Assembly (NCBI GenBank): GCA_032718475.1
Contig: JAUCBJ010000245.1
Location: 1-63,022, forward strand
DNA from: Nemertoderma westbladi
Taxonomy: Eukaryota; Animalia; Xenacoelomorpha
Direction of reading: 5' to 3'
DNA: 63,022 bases
The notes below the pieces were generated by a model that was not told the origin of the DNA, did not search any database, and saw nothing but the letters and a program-made list of their open reading frames with translations. Shown here piece by piece: positions 21,353-32,440 of the stretch; the first letter of the stretch is position 1, and every line of letters begins with the position of its first letter. The position numbers and the translations under genes were made by a program.

Positions 21353-23596
21353 TTATCATTGAAACGATACCTGTATGTACTTTGCGGACATAATTCCAAC
21401 AATTACGATATACATTGTATATTACAAAGCGGATTTAGAGATAAGAAATATACAGATTGGGATATAAAGGTTATACCGAGAAATACAGAACGATATATTT
21501 CACTGAGTGCATTTATCCCAATTAAAAACACTTCTAAGAAAATTGAGTTACGTTTCTTAGACACATATCAATTTTTAAGCTTTTCTTTAAGTAATTTAGT
21601 TGAGTGTTCAACAAAGGATGTAGCGAGTCATGATATAAGCTCAATTTTACCTATTACTCTACAAGAAATGAAATATTTTTATCCAAACTTGAATAACTCA
21701 ACAATTAAATGGAAAGGAGTATTTCCATACGAGTACTTGACAGATATAAATAAATTTAATGATACTGGTTTGCCGTCTATAAATAATTTTTTTAGTAACT
21801 TAAGTCAAAAAACATGCACAATTGAAGATTATAGGTTTGCGGGAATATCATGGGTAGAATTCGACTGTGTGAATCTCAAAGATTATCTTTTAGCCTATTT
21901 AAAACTCGATGTTTGTTTGCTTGCTGATATATTTGAGAATTTTAGGAATGTTTGTAAACAAAATTACGATTTAGAAGCGGTTTTTTACTGTAGTATCGCG
22001 TCATTTACCTATGATTGCGCGCTAAAATATAATAAATGTAAAATAGAATTAATAAAGGATTATCAGACATATAGAGATTTTGAAAAATCAATTAGGGGTG
22101 GTGTTTCATTTTGTCGAAAGCATTATATAGAATCAAATATACCAGGTACAAGTACATATGATTCTACTAAGGAAGAATGCCATATTTTTAATATTGATTT
22201 CAACTCTTTATATTCTGGGAATTTAAGTAAAAAACTACCCACCTCACAATTCAAAGAAGTAAGTATTAAACATTTAGAGAATGCAATTCCAGAAAAACTA
22301 ATCGAGTACTTGGTAGATTTAGACATTGATGGATCTACTGGATATTTTTTAATATGTGATTTAAATTATCCCAAGGCTATTCACGATCAAACATTACAAT
22401 TACCGTTAGCCCCTGAGCATTTAAGTATAAATGAATCAATGCTTTCGCCTTATATGATGGAACAATTTAATAACTTGTCAATACAAAGAGGTACCTCCCG
22501 TAAATATAGAATGTCTATACCAAAACTCATGCTGACGCAATTTGATAAAGAGTTTTATCATTTACATTTGAAACTGTTAAAATTTTATATAAAACATGGA
22601 TTAATTGTTACTAAACTACATAAATTATATTCTTTTCAACAAGAATTTGTATTTAAAAATTACATCGATTTTAATATTAATCAAAGGCGACTGGCAAAAA
22701 GTTATATTGAAACAGCTGTCGCGAAATTGCTCAATAATTCGTTGTTTGGCAAATCAATAGAAAAGATAAGAGATCGATGTAACTTTCGTATCGCAAATAG
22801 CAACGATAAATGCGATCAATTGGTAAATCGTATTAATCATGAACAATTTATAATATACAATAATACACTATCGGGACATTTATTAGTGAAAGACTCTGTA
22901 ACTCTCGATAAGCCTATATTTATTGGTAGCACTGTGTTGGACTTGGCTAAATTGGATATGTATGAGCTGTATTACAATAAATTGCTACCTATTGAGAAAG
23001 AATTAAACTGCCGTATTGAAATTGCTGCATCAGACACTGACTCGTTGATAGGTTGTTATTATAATACATCGCAGAATAATTTTTTAAAAGCATTAATTAA
23101 AAATAATATTTTAGATACATCCAATTACCCTAAGGATCACCCACTCTACAGCGATAAAAATAAATCCAGACTCTATTACTGTAAAGACGAACTAGCCTCG
23201 CGTGAAATTAAACAAGCAGTATTTTTAAGACCAAAATTATATTCAATTTTGGAATGGAATAATAAAAATATTCGTAGAGCAAAAGGTATTACAAGAGCTG
23301 TTGTGGAAACGAATATTACACATGAAGAATATTTAAAAGCATATAACTCAAATGAAGAAATAAAAAAAATCATACACAGATTTCAATCTAAATTACATCG
23401 TATTTATACCTTAAAGCAAAATAAATTTGCACTCAGTAGCTTTGATGATAAACTTTATTGGGTTAATAAAAATCAATCACTTCCTTGGGGGCACTATAAA
23501 ACAAACCTCAAAAAACCTATAAAAATATCAAATATACCAATTTATGAAGAACCAAAAGACGATGGTGTTGATGATGAATTATCAAATAGTAAATAA
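21353..23596 (+). CDS. pPolB: pPolB C-terminal part (exonuclease II/III and polymerase motifs)
   Basis: HNSNNYD, FLDTYQF, KGVFPYEY, YLKLDV, motif A IDFNSLY, motif B KLLNNSLFGK, motif C SDTDS, AKGI. Joins 2319-4139 in frame to give ~1354 aa. Confidence 0.96.
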   Translation, partial: LSLKRYLYVLCGHNSNNYDIHCILQSGFRDKKYTDWDIKVIPRNTERYISLSAFIPIKNTSKKIELRFLDTYQFLSFSLSNLVECSTKDVASHDISSILPITLQEMKYFYPNLNNSTIKWKGVFPYEYLTDINKFNDTGLPSINNFFSNLSQKTCTIEDYRFAGISWVEFDCVNLKDYLLAYLKLDVCLLADIFENFRNVCKQNYDLEAVFYCSIASFTYDCALKYNKCKIELIKDYQTYRDFEKSIRGGVSFCRKHYIESNIPGTSTYDSTKEECHIFNIDFNSLYSGNLSKKLPTSQFKEVSIKHLENAIPEKLIEYLVDLDIDGSTGYFLICDLNYPKAIHDQTLQLPLAPEHLSINESMLSPYMMEQFNNLSIQRGTSRKYRMSIPKLMLTQFDKEFYHLHLKLLKFYIKHGLIVTKLHKLYSFQQEFVFKNYIDFNINQRRLAKSYIETAVAKLLNNSLFGKSIEKIRDRCNFRIANSNDKCDQLVNRINHEQFIIYNNTLSGHLLVKDSVTLDKPIFIGSTVLDLAKLDMYELYYNKLLPIEKELNCRIEIAASDTDSLIGCYYNTSQNNFLKALIKNNILDTSNYPKDHPLYSDKNKSRLYYCKDELASREIKQAVFLRPKLYSILEWNNKNIRRAKGITRAVVETNITHEEYLKAYNSNEEIKKIIHRFQSKLHRIYTLKQNKFALSSFDDKLYWVNKNQSLPWGHYKTNLKKPIKISNIPIYEEPKDDGVDDELSNSK

Positions 23597-24125
23597 AAAT
23601 ATAAGTTGTAAGCAGATTATTTATGGACTTAATTTAAAAGAATTAAAAAATCAATTGAATGGTAAAATTGTACTCAAACCTAATCAGTTTATATATAAGG
23701 TATTTGGTGCAACCATATTAATGTTTACAAATGGACGAATAACAATTCTCGGTAGAAAATATAATTTTAATAAAGTGAAAAAACATATATTAGAAAAAAC
23801 AAACATTAATTTGATTTTTAAATCAATCAATTTGTGTACTTATATTTTTAGTATCGATACTGTAATTTATAGGTTACTTATAAACAATATCGGGTTTTAT
23901 GTTATATTTGATAATGTTAAACTAGAAATTTCATACGATCCTGAAATATTCAATAACTGTAAAGTCAGAATAAATAATATTGTTGTTGTTTGCTGTTTCT
24001 ACACTGGTAAATGTACATTAATGTGTTCCCCGTTTAAATTTCATATATATTATCCTATATTCAACAAACTGGTTAATAATTTATTATTGTTTGGTGTGGG
24101 GGTTTTTGATGTAAAATATAATTAG
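23544..24125 (+). CDS. TATA-binding protein (TBP)-like protein
   Basis: Two-repeat TBP pattern. Repeat 1: QIVNKNIS...LNLKEL...ATILMFTNGRITILG. Repeat 2: SINLCTY...SYDPEIF...VCCFYTGKCTL. Confidence 0.72.
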   Translation: MKNQKTMVLMMNYQIVNKNISCKQIIYGLNLKELKNQLNGKIVLKPNQFIYKVFGATILMFTNGRITILGRKYNFNKVKKHILEKTNINLIFKSINLCTYIFSIDTVIYRLLINNIGFYVIFDNVKLEISYDPEIFNNCKVRINNIVVVCCFYTGKCTLMCSPFKFHIYYPIFNKLVNNLLLFGVGVFDVKYN

Positions 24126-24820
24126 TGTGAGTGAAATTTATTGTTGTTGCTGTTTGGTGGTGGAGATTTTTACTGTAAAATATATATATTAAATTGGAGG
24201 GAGAAGAAATTTATGAATATTTTTTTTTTAAATCAACAACTAGTTTGATGGGAAATTAACTAACTAACTTCAGTAGAGCGATTGCTTGTAACACTCAAGT
24301 AGGCATAGTATACTCAGCAGCCGTAGCTAGCTAGCTAGCTTACTAAGCATTGTTGCTCACGAGTGAGCTACAATAGCGCATCTGTGACTTATGAGTGTGC
24401 GAGTGTACAGCAGGCAACGCTAAGCTCAGTGAGAAAAAGATTAGGGGTATGTGCTGGTATTCATAGTCAAAGACGATGCCATCCTATCTGTTACTAGTCT
24501 GTATACCGGCACATATTATTATTATTAAAACATCCGCTATGCATCTCCCTACATTCAGAATAGAACAATGAACAGAGCATATATCGCTAATCCACATGGG
24601 AAAGGTTTATGTTCTACATTTTGTTAACTATGTGAATTTTGTAATGTAAACATCTGCGACCCACTACAAAAATATATATAAACTCAATTTTCAAACAATG
24701 AACTATAATTTTGTTAACCAAAATAAGAACAAAAATAAAAATACCGGTATACTGTATCCACCCTGTCTGTTACCCTTAGACTATATATATAAACCTAAAC
24801 TAACCTGAGACAGCAAGAAG

Positions 24821-25228
24821 ATGACTTTCGCCTATATCAACAACCGGTCGTTGAAAAGCAACATAAAGTTTGATTTTGAGAGTGAGGATACTTTTGTATC
24901 ATCATCAAACGTATCTGATTTGGAAATCAGATACATTAATAAAAAATTTGAAATCGGATTTACCAATATCATCAATCACGAACATGGTGTAACAAAGTTA
25001 GAAACAACAAAAAACTTTACTTTGAACATAAGAATAAATCCAGGAACGGAAGAAGAAGAAGAAGTTACCGGTAATCAAAACGAATTAATACCAGCAACTC
25101 TACAAGAGAATTGGGAAACAGAGACCACTGCAACTATACCAGAACCGGTAGAGACTATTTGGAAAGAAATTAAACTAGCAATGCCTACCTGTAATAATAA
25201 TAGGCCTAATCATCAACATTTTTCATAG
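24821..25228 (+). CDS. Hypothetical protein, 135 aa
   Basis: ATG-initiated ORF with a TATATATAAA element ~35 bp upstream. No recognisable motif. Confidence 0.4.
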   Translation: MTFAYINNRSLKSNIKFDFESEDTFVSSSNVSDLEIRYINKKFEIGFTNIINHEHGVTKLETTKNFTLNIRINPGTEEEEEVTGNQNELIPATLQENWETETTATIPEPVETIWKEIKLAMPTCNNNRPNHQHFS

Positions 25229-26268
25229 ATGGATACTGGTATCTAACTAGTAGGCTACACCTGTACACCCGTACACTCATACTCATTTCTACATTTATAA
25301 AGTAGACCTAAATGTTACCAGTCTGTGTATGTCTATATTATATGTAATTTAATTTAAAAAGCGGACGCATAAATAAATAAAATAAACTAACTAACTATGT
25401 TTTATATAGGATCGTTAACATAGAGTGAATGTTAGTAACTAGAGAATGTGGCGGATTTTATATAGTTATACCTCAAACCACACCTATTGTATCAGCTAGA
25501 GTAACAGAGTGCGAGGGGATTTTATAGGGCCTATAGCGCTACTGACGCCTAACCATACCTATTGTATCGATGTGGTAGGGGGCTTTCAGTTGAGGAGTAC
25601 CGTAGTCATTAGGCCTATATGCCTAATGAATGAATGTGTGCCTATCCGTGTGTTCTAAAGGTTAACTGTAAAGCATATTGGGTCAACATTCGAAAAGGGG
25701 GCCGTATAAAGTTAACTATAGCTGTATAGGCTTACCTATGCAACAGTAGTAGCCCGCAGTAATGTAGATTAGACCAATTAAAGTTGTAAACAGAAAATTG
25801 GAAGCATTCAAGTGTAATAGCCTAATCCTTAAATCAAAGAAACCAGCATGCCCTTGCGCTATCCAAGTATACAGTTACAAGAGTGCTACGGTGCCGGTAC
25901 CAGTAGGCCTATTGTTAGGTGGGCCTCCTCTAATGCTGCATTCACGAACCCCCATGTCGACTTAATTTAATTTTATTATTAGTAAGTACAGTAATGCTAA
26001 AACACTGTGGTTGCTGTCGGGGCCATTCTGCCGTTCTACAGTTTAGCGTTTTTGGTATACCTATGTAGTAAAATCAGCTAGCTACTGGTAGTTAAACTCT
26101 GATACAACAGCCGGCTACCGGTAGGTGCGGTGTGTTTGTGAGTGTAAACTTAAGCTCTACACCTTCAGTCAAACTGAGATATTAAAAAATAGATTTTAAT
26201 GTTTTTATTATTTTTATTGACATTAAAACAATTATATTATCCTATCACATTACATGCTTAGAGTAAAC

Positions 26269-26883
26269 CTACAGTACATCTTCCACCACAGTTATTTCTT
26301 TCTGTTTATCATCATCATCATCAGTCGCAGTTAAACGCATTAAACGCTTTCTCACGAAAAATCGTTTCAATTCAAACCCACCGACCTGTTTTGCTGAGCA
26401 ATACCGCAGACAGTTATCCTTTGTGTTTAAGTGGAATGCACATTTATTTTCCAGTGCAATAAATTGATCGTGGAAGTGACAGGGGGTTAAATAATTGTAA
26501 TATTGCTGATTATATATCCACAATTTCTCCATCGAATTTGGTGCGAGAACATCAAGTTGGGAAACTAATATTGCCCGCTTCATCAACCCAAATACATGTA
26601 TATTTTTTTTATATTTTAAATGTCTCTTCATGTATTTTTTAAAGTCATCTTGCGAAATGTCACCATAATCCCAAGGTAAATGGGAAGTCATGTCTCGTAA
26701 ATTGTTTACGTGAGCTACATCTAAAGCTGATAACTTAATATTAGGTGGGCCTTTAATTAAAAACGTCTTTACATTAGTTTTGGTGTAATTAGAATCAAAT
26801 ATAGCAAATTCTTTAAATACTACCGGATACTCTTTATTGTCTATCTTATAATATTGAAAATCAACAAAAATAATATTATCCAT
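26269..26883 (-). CDS. DEDD/DnaQ-like exonuclease-fold protein of Polinton type
   Basis: IFVDFQ...FKEFAI, HLPWDYGD, C-terminal CxxH...C. The first acidic pair reads DxQ. Confidence 0.6.
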   Translation of the reverse strand: MDNIIFVDFQYYKIDNKEYPVVFKEFAIFDSNYTKTNVKTFLIKGPPNIKLSALDVAHVNNLRDMTSHLPWDYGDISQDDFKKYMKRHLKYKKNIHVFGLMKRAILVSQLDVLAPNSMEKLWIYNQQYYNYLTPCHFHDQFIALENKCAFHLNTKDNCLRYCSAKQVGGFELKRFFVRKRLMRLTATDDDDDKQKEITVVEDVL

Positions 26884-26914
26884 TTTATCTGATAAACAAA
26901 AGCTAAATGATTAA

Positions 26915-27370
26915 TTACAACGCTTGTTGGTTTATTTTATAATAATTAACAAGCCATTTATATAATATTATTTCATTTATTTCCACATTATTTGTAAACG
27001 CTCTCATTGGATAGTTTGTGTGAATTCGATTTACCAAGTAATAAAGACAGTATAATCCACATGTGGTCCTCCTTGGGTCTTGAAATTGTTTGCGAGTAGT
27101 ACGCCATCTTGCGGAATTTTTCTCAAGCCATTTTTCGATACATCTGTTTGGATATTTTGATCCGAATGAATCAAATAATTCAGCCTCATTATCTCGTATA
27201 TATATTGCGATCCAATGAATCCCGGGTAGATGCTCTTTATCGGTATTTACTATTAACCCATAATCTCTCCGCTTATTATTATTATCTAATTTAGGTAATT
27301 TATTAGCTGGAAACGCTCCCAAATAGTGACCACCCACTGGAAACATATCAAGGTCCTCTGTAGATAACAT
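26915..27370 (-). CDS. Adenain-like cysteine protease
   Basis: NTD...GIHW, FDSFG, Q...TCGLYC catalytic motifs. Confidence 0.93.
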   Translation of the reverse strand: MLSTEDLDMFPVGGHYLGAFPANKLPKLDNNNKRRDYGLIVNTDKEHLPGIHWIAIYIRDNEAELFDSFGSKYPNRCIEKWLEKNSARWRTTRKQFQDPRRTTCGLYCLYYLVNRIHTNYPMRAFTNNVEINEIILYKWLVNYYKINQQAL

Positions 27371-27372
27371 AC

Positions 27373-28606
27373 TTAATCGATATGTATTTCTTTCCTGCTA
27401 TTTAAACTTAATGATTGATCATAAATATTAAAAACGATTACATTTATGGTTTCAACCAATGGTTCGGCAAATCTTAATTTTAATTGGCCGTTAGTATATA
27501 TCGACGGCTGCGGATCTCTAACATAGCTGTCGGCGGTTAGGTCCCAGGATAGGAGGGGGCAATTACCTAAGTAGGTTTCATGGTCTATATTATTACCCCC
27601 ATAACCGTTAATATATGTATTAATGTTCTTCATTAATTGAGTATACTCAAAAATATATGTTCCATCTGTAAAATTAGGTTCGTATATTACACCACCTACT
27701 GGAAGACCGTCTATAATCAGTTCCGCGCGTCTAAGGTTAAAATGTTCAAATTTCAAGGGATTGCTAATTAATTCTCCCGAATAAGCGTTATTTGTTATGA
27801 AGCCGATAATAACTAATTTGGGTTTTTTACCATCAAATATGTTTGTTTGGGTGTAATTTGTGGTTTGAGCGGGAATAGTAAATGTAGTAACCTCCTTTTT
27901 TTGGAATTGATATTCAATATCGTAACTCTCTAAACCTTTTAGGTGACTGCTTTCTATTACCGGATTAACCTCCATTCTAGGGATTAGGATCTTTACTTCA
28001 TCTAATTCTAGCCGAAGATTTGTCACCGCGTTTGCGTTTGGAGTGATTTTAAAAATGCATTCTTAAATCATACCCGGGTTGTATTATTTTAGTTTCAGTA
28101 TCAAAATCAATCGTCAATCCACTTACAAATTGCATTTGTTTACTAAAGGCATCGCCAATAGGATGCGCACCGGGATCAATTTCATTTCCGTGTTTAGATA
28201 AAGGCTGATGAAAGCCACCCGCACCCAGTAGCCCATTTTTATCCTCGTAAGTTGTAAATAATAAATTGGATAAGTACGACTTGTAGAAATAATGGTTATT
28301 GCTATTTTCAACCTGCTTCTCATTAAGGTCTATTTTAATATCACTCCACATAGTCCCAGAAGGGTAATTCAACATATATATATGAGAGTTTTCAAGTCGT
28401 CTATCCCACCGTACAGTACATTTTGTAATTAATAACGCATCTTGCAGTTTCGTATAGAATTCATTGGATCTCGGTACAAGGAATGTGACTTCCCTAGACT
28501 CACTTCTGAGATTAGATACGGGGTAAATTGTTTCATAATGCTTTGCTTTAAATTCAGTCTGTATTGGCTGTATAGAAAATAAATCTAATTCCTTAATAAT
28601 TGACAT
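27373..28606 (-). pseudogene. Double jelly-roll major capsid protein, one frameshift near 28050
   Basis: N-terminal ELDLFSIQPIQT...YPVS and C-terminal PKLVIIGF...NAYSG...NPLKFEHFNL...WDLTAD...LRFAEPL. An extra T in a T5 run joins the two ORFs. Confidence 0.88.
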
Positions 28607-28608
28607 TA

Positions 28609-29175
28609 TTAAAAAATACTTTTTTCGCAGTGTTTCAGTTTGCCTTTTTTTATTTTTCTATTTTTACTACGACGATGATGTATGTTCATAGACATTGGTC
28701 TAGCAGGTCGCTTTAAATCTCTATAAACTTTTTCTACAACTGACCTTGTTGACGGTTTCATTTTATTTAATGCTTTATTAATAACCGTATTAGCCTGCTG
28801 ATGTAAGACCCGCTTACCTTTTGGTATTACGTGTTGTCTCATAAATTTGGTGGTAAATGGTTAAGCTTTTTGTAAAACTTTTTTAGCTAATGGCTTACCA
28901 AATTTTTTCAATGTCGATAAAGCGTCTGTAAATATACCTTCTCCGTGTTGATTTGTTTGCGACATACCTCTACGATAACGTTGAAAACGACGTTGTTTTA
29001 AGTTTGGACCAAATGCACCAATTTGTTGACCGTTAGGGTCAATATATGAACCACCTCGAAAAACAGGAACTTGCGTCGAGCCTCTCGTACTTCTACCACC
29101 TTTAAAAACAGCAAGATTAGAGTCTGCACCACCATATTGAGGTTTACTGTATCTTTGAAATAAATCAGAATCCAT
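28609..29175 (-). pseudogene. Basic core / membrane-lytic precursor-like protein with in-frame stop at 28861-28863
   Basis: The two ORFs are in the same frame. QYGG, FKGG and FRGG are adenain-like sites, followed by amphipathic GEGIFTDALSTLKKFGKPLAKKVL and a basic tail. Confidence 0.65.
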
Positions 29176-29176
29176 T

Positions 29177-30028
29177 TTAATTTATTCGTTTAAAGTGTAA
29201 TGTAATAGATGTTGTCCCGTATTCAAAATTCAAATCTTTTCCTTCTTTGTCTGTTATTTCAATATGAATGTATGTTATCTTATATGATTTTTTTACAGGG
29301 ATATAATGAATTGTATCCTTGACAAATTCTTTATTTATTACGCTACCATATTTCACGTCATCAGGTATCGCAACACGACGAAGTAAAGCTAAAAAAAGTC
29401 ATTAATATATTGATTTTCAATTATATTAGTAGTCACATACATGTTCGACTTAGGTTCTGGAATAGAATTGGGTGGTTGAGGGCATAAAAATACCATCTGG
29501 TAAGCTTTTTCTCCATTTCCGATAACCTTTATTAAATAACCCTTTATATTATTTTTCGTCTTCAAAATAATTTTAAAATTTGGATTTAAATTCGCGCCAA
29601 GATTATTTTCAGTAATTCCAAAATAATAGGCTAATTGTTGACCTATAAATAACTCTCGCACAGTTTTCCCTAAAATAAATTGCAACCTATTTTGCTGAGT
29701 ATTTTCAACTATTTGTAATTTATCTTTCAACGCCCCCGTGTTAAAATAATTTATAATATCATTGATACTGTAGAACAAACCGGATGGAAGTGTATCCTCA
29801 AAATTTTTTTCCCTTTTTTAATAAAATAACATTCTCTACATTGTTATACATGGACGGCAACGTAGCTAAGTAAAATATACTTTTTATACCTACCACCCAG
29901 TTTTCGTTTGGGTTTATAGGTAAGGCGCCATGGAAATTGATCCGATAACTACTAGCAGAATTACGTGGAAAATCAATTGGACAGGAGTTACTCGGTAGTC
30001 TTACGTAGAATTCATCCATCACTGCCAC
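29177..30028 (-). pseudogene. Penton (minor capsid) paralog 2, two frameshifts
   Basis: FYVRLPSNS...FPRN...WVVGI, MYVTTNIIE, LLRRV...HYIPV...IEITDKEG...ITLHFK. Confidence 0.8.
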
Positions 30029-30884
30029 CCCGTATTAACTTAAGTGTTATAACAGTGCGACCTCCGCTAAAATTAATTAATTCGCCTTGTCCGTCACGTA
30101 AAGTAATTAAGATTGTTTTTAGTTTTTTATTCAACAATGGGTAATAGCAAATGCTCTCGTATTCGTGATTAATATATTTTCGATTTAATTGCGTTAAAGG
30201 GCAGGTTCTTAAGAGCGGAGTTAAAGCGTCACCAACAAATGAGCTCTTAATAATATCAGTATATATGAAAATTGTATCTTTATTACGTGTTATATTCGTG
30301 GGAGCTGGAAAATCTAAAATGCCAATTTCCGAAATTTTTGGTCCGCTATAATTTAAAATTAATATCGGCTGTTCTATATTGCTTAATTCATCTACTGTAG
30401 TGGTACTGTATATATCCCAATTCGGAATACCTGGATGATTCCGATCCAATAACGGTTTTAAGCCTAGAATTTGTATTAAATCACCACGTAGACTTAATTG
30501 TATTTTTTTCAACTTTTTAGGAAATTTAAATTTAATTCTAGAATTATTTGTATTAAAAATGAATTCGAAATCTCTATATTTCGCTTCAGAATTAAACAGT
30601 TTATTTATATCATCAATGATCACTTGAATAGAGCTATGCATACCAGGAAATAAACTATATAATTTGGCATCTTTTGCATCTACCCCGATTGACAGCGAGA
30701 TTTGAGTTTGCAGTGTAATATTGCTGTATGTTGCTTGGTATTGAAGCTCGGCAAGCCCAATTTTAGCGTTTGGACCAATATATAATTCTTCGGCTAAATC
30801 AACAGTAAACTCACTAGGATTATTATTGGGGTAAGTGTTTAATGAGCTATCTGAAAGTAGAGTGATATATGTATCTGTGGCCAT
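30012..30884 (-). CDS. Penton (minor capsid) paralog 1
   Basis: YITLLSDSS...YPNN...F...IGLAEL, IFIYTDII...VGD...PLLR...YYPL...LRDGQG...ITLKL. Confidence 0.88.
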   Translation of the reverse strand: MATDTYITLLSDSSLNTYPNNNPSEFTVDLAEELYIGPNAKIGLAELQYQATYSNITLQTQISLSIGVDAKDAKLYSLFPGMHSSIQVIIDDINKLFNSEAKYRDFEFIFNTNNSRIKFKFPKKLKKIQLSLRGDLIQILGLKPLLDRNHPGIPNWDIYSTTTVDELSNIEQPILILNYSGPKISEIGILDFPAPTNITRNKDTIFIYTDIIKSSFVGDALTPLLRTCPLTQLNRKYINHEYESICYYPLLNKKLKTILITLRDGQGELINFSGGRTVITLKLIRGGSDG

Positions 30885-31138
30885 TATTATTATTATTTAA
30901 GCTCTCTCTCTCTCTCTCTCTACTTGACTCCATTGTACATACAGTACAGTATAATGTTAAATTATAGACATCTGTGACCACGTTCATTGTCGCTTCTACA
31001 ATATATGTGAGGAATCAATATTTTACTGGCTTTATTTAAAGCGAATGAACTATAGTGTAGTAATATCATTCGAGTTAATATTGATTAATTACGATCATAT
31101 GCGACCAAAATGAATTAATATACAGTATAAACCTAAAC

Positions 31139-32219
31139 TTATTGAATATGCTGTACCCACGACTGTTTCTTGGATCCGATGAATCGTACTAAATATTCTT
31201 TCTTCCCATTGCGTACACGTTCTTTAAGTTTGCTAATATTTTTGTCAATTGGTAGATAAATATTACTATTCGGGTGGACCTTTTGGAGTTCGTGAGAATA
31301 AAATGAGCCATTTATTATAGCTCCAGTGCTGTCCTTAATATCGAACATTACCGCTGGTACTCTATCCACGATGAATAATAAATAATTCACGTGTCCATTG
31401 TTCTCAATAGCCTTTAGCAAAAGCTGTACGAGCGATAGATAATCGTACTGTATCTCCAACTTAAAATTTTATTTTCTTGTGATTAATCTGTCTATATTTC
31501 CCATATAATCTATTCATTAATTCAGTTTCATTAAATTTATTAACTTCAATGGGTGTCATTTTTATTGTCCTATGATATGACCTATTATAAGCATAAATGA
31601 GCTTCGGTAAAATTTTTATCCAAACATTATTTCCCCGTTGCGTGAAAATTTTGAACATCTTTGTTTTTAATGTTCTATTGAATCTCTCGACAATAGCCGC
31701 CTTATTCACAGAATACATTACGTAATACTGTATACCTAACGTATCTAAATATTTTCTTACAGATTTATTTAGAAACTCAGACCCTTGATCAGTCGCGATT
31801 CTGTTTGGTTTTCCTTTCTGGAATATTTTTTGCAATATACTAATAATTTCAATACCCTTTTTTGTTTTCATACCATAGGCAAAAGCAAGCCTGCTAAAGG
31901 CATCAATACATGTTAATATATAGTTATAATTATTATTTTGCGATTTATATTGCTGCATATCCACCAGATCTATCATATATATATCTTTTAAGCCTCCCGT
32001 AAATATTTTAGATGTTGGATAATGATGTCTACGTGGAGCGTGAAGGGTGTATGTCTTTTGCCCGCTCAACCATTTCTGGGCTTGTGCTGGTTTGATATTT
32101 GCAGCTTTTGCTAATTTTGCAACACTTGCAAAACCCGCGGGGGATGATGGATCTAAATAAATTCTTAACAGTTTTTTGTCTAAGCTTCGGCTTAAAATCG
32201 GTTTCATCTTGCGTGGCAT
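31139..32219 (-). pseudogene. Retroviral-like (rve) integrase with C-terminal chromodomain-like region, frameshifted near 31460
   Basis: IDLVDM, CIDAFSR, TDQGSEF, VERFNRTLK, YNRSYHRTIKMTP; then GSFYSHELQ and KEYLVRFIG...SWV. Confidence 0.93.
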
Positions 32220-32440
32220 CTTTTCAACAACCGCAAGTAATATGTATATTCAAATCTCTTATAAAGGGCATCACCGTAAGAACAACTGAAATTTTTTAAT
32301 TATTTTCTTTGAAGTTGATGTTTTAAAGGGTTTTCTTTTTGTAGTATTTACAAGATATACTTGTGGTTTTAAATCAGTAGCTAACGGTTTACTCGATACT
32401 AAATATAATTTTCTAAATGTTACTGCTGTTTTAACCATTA

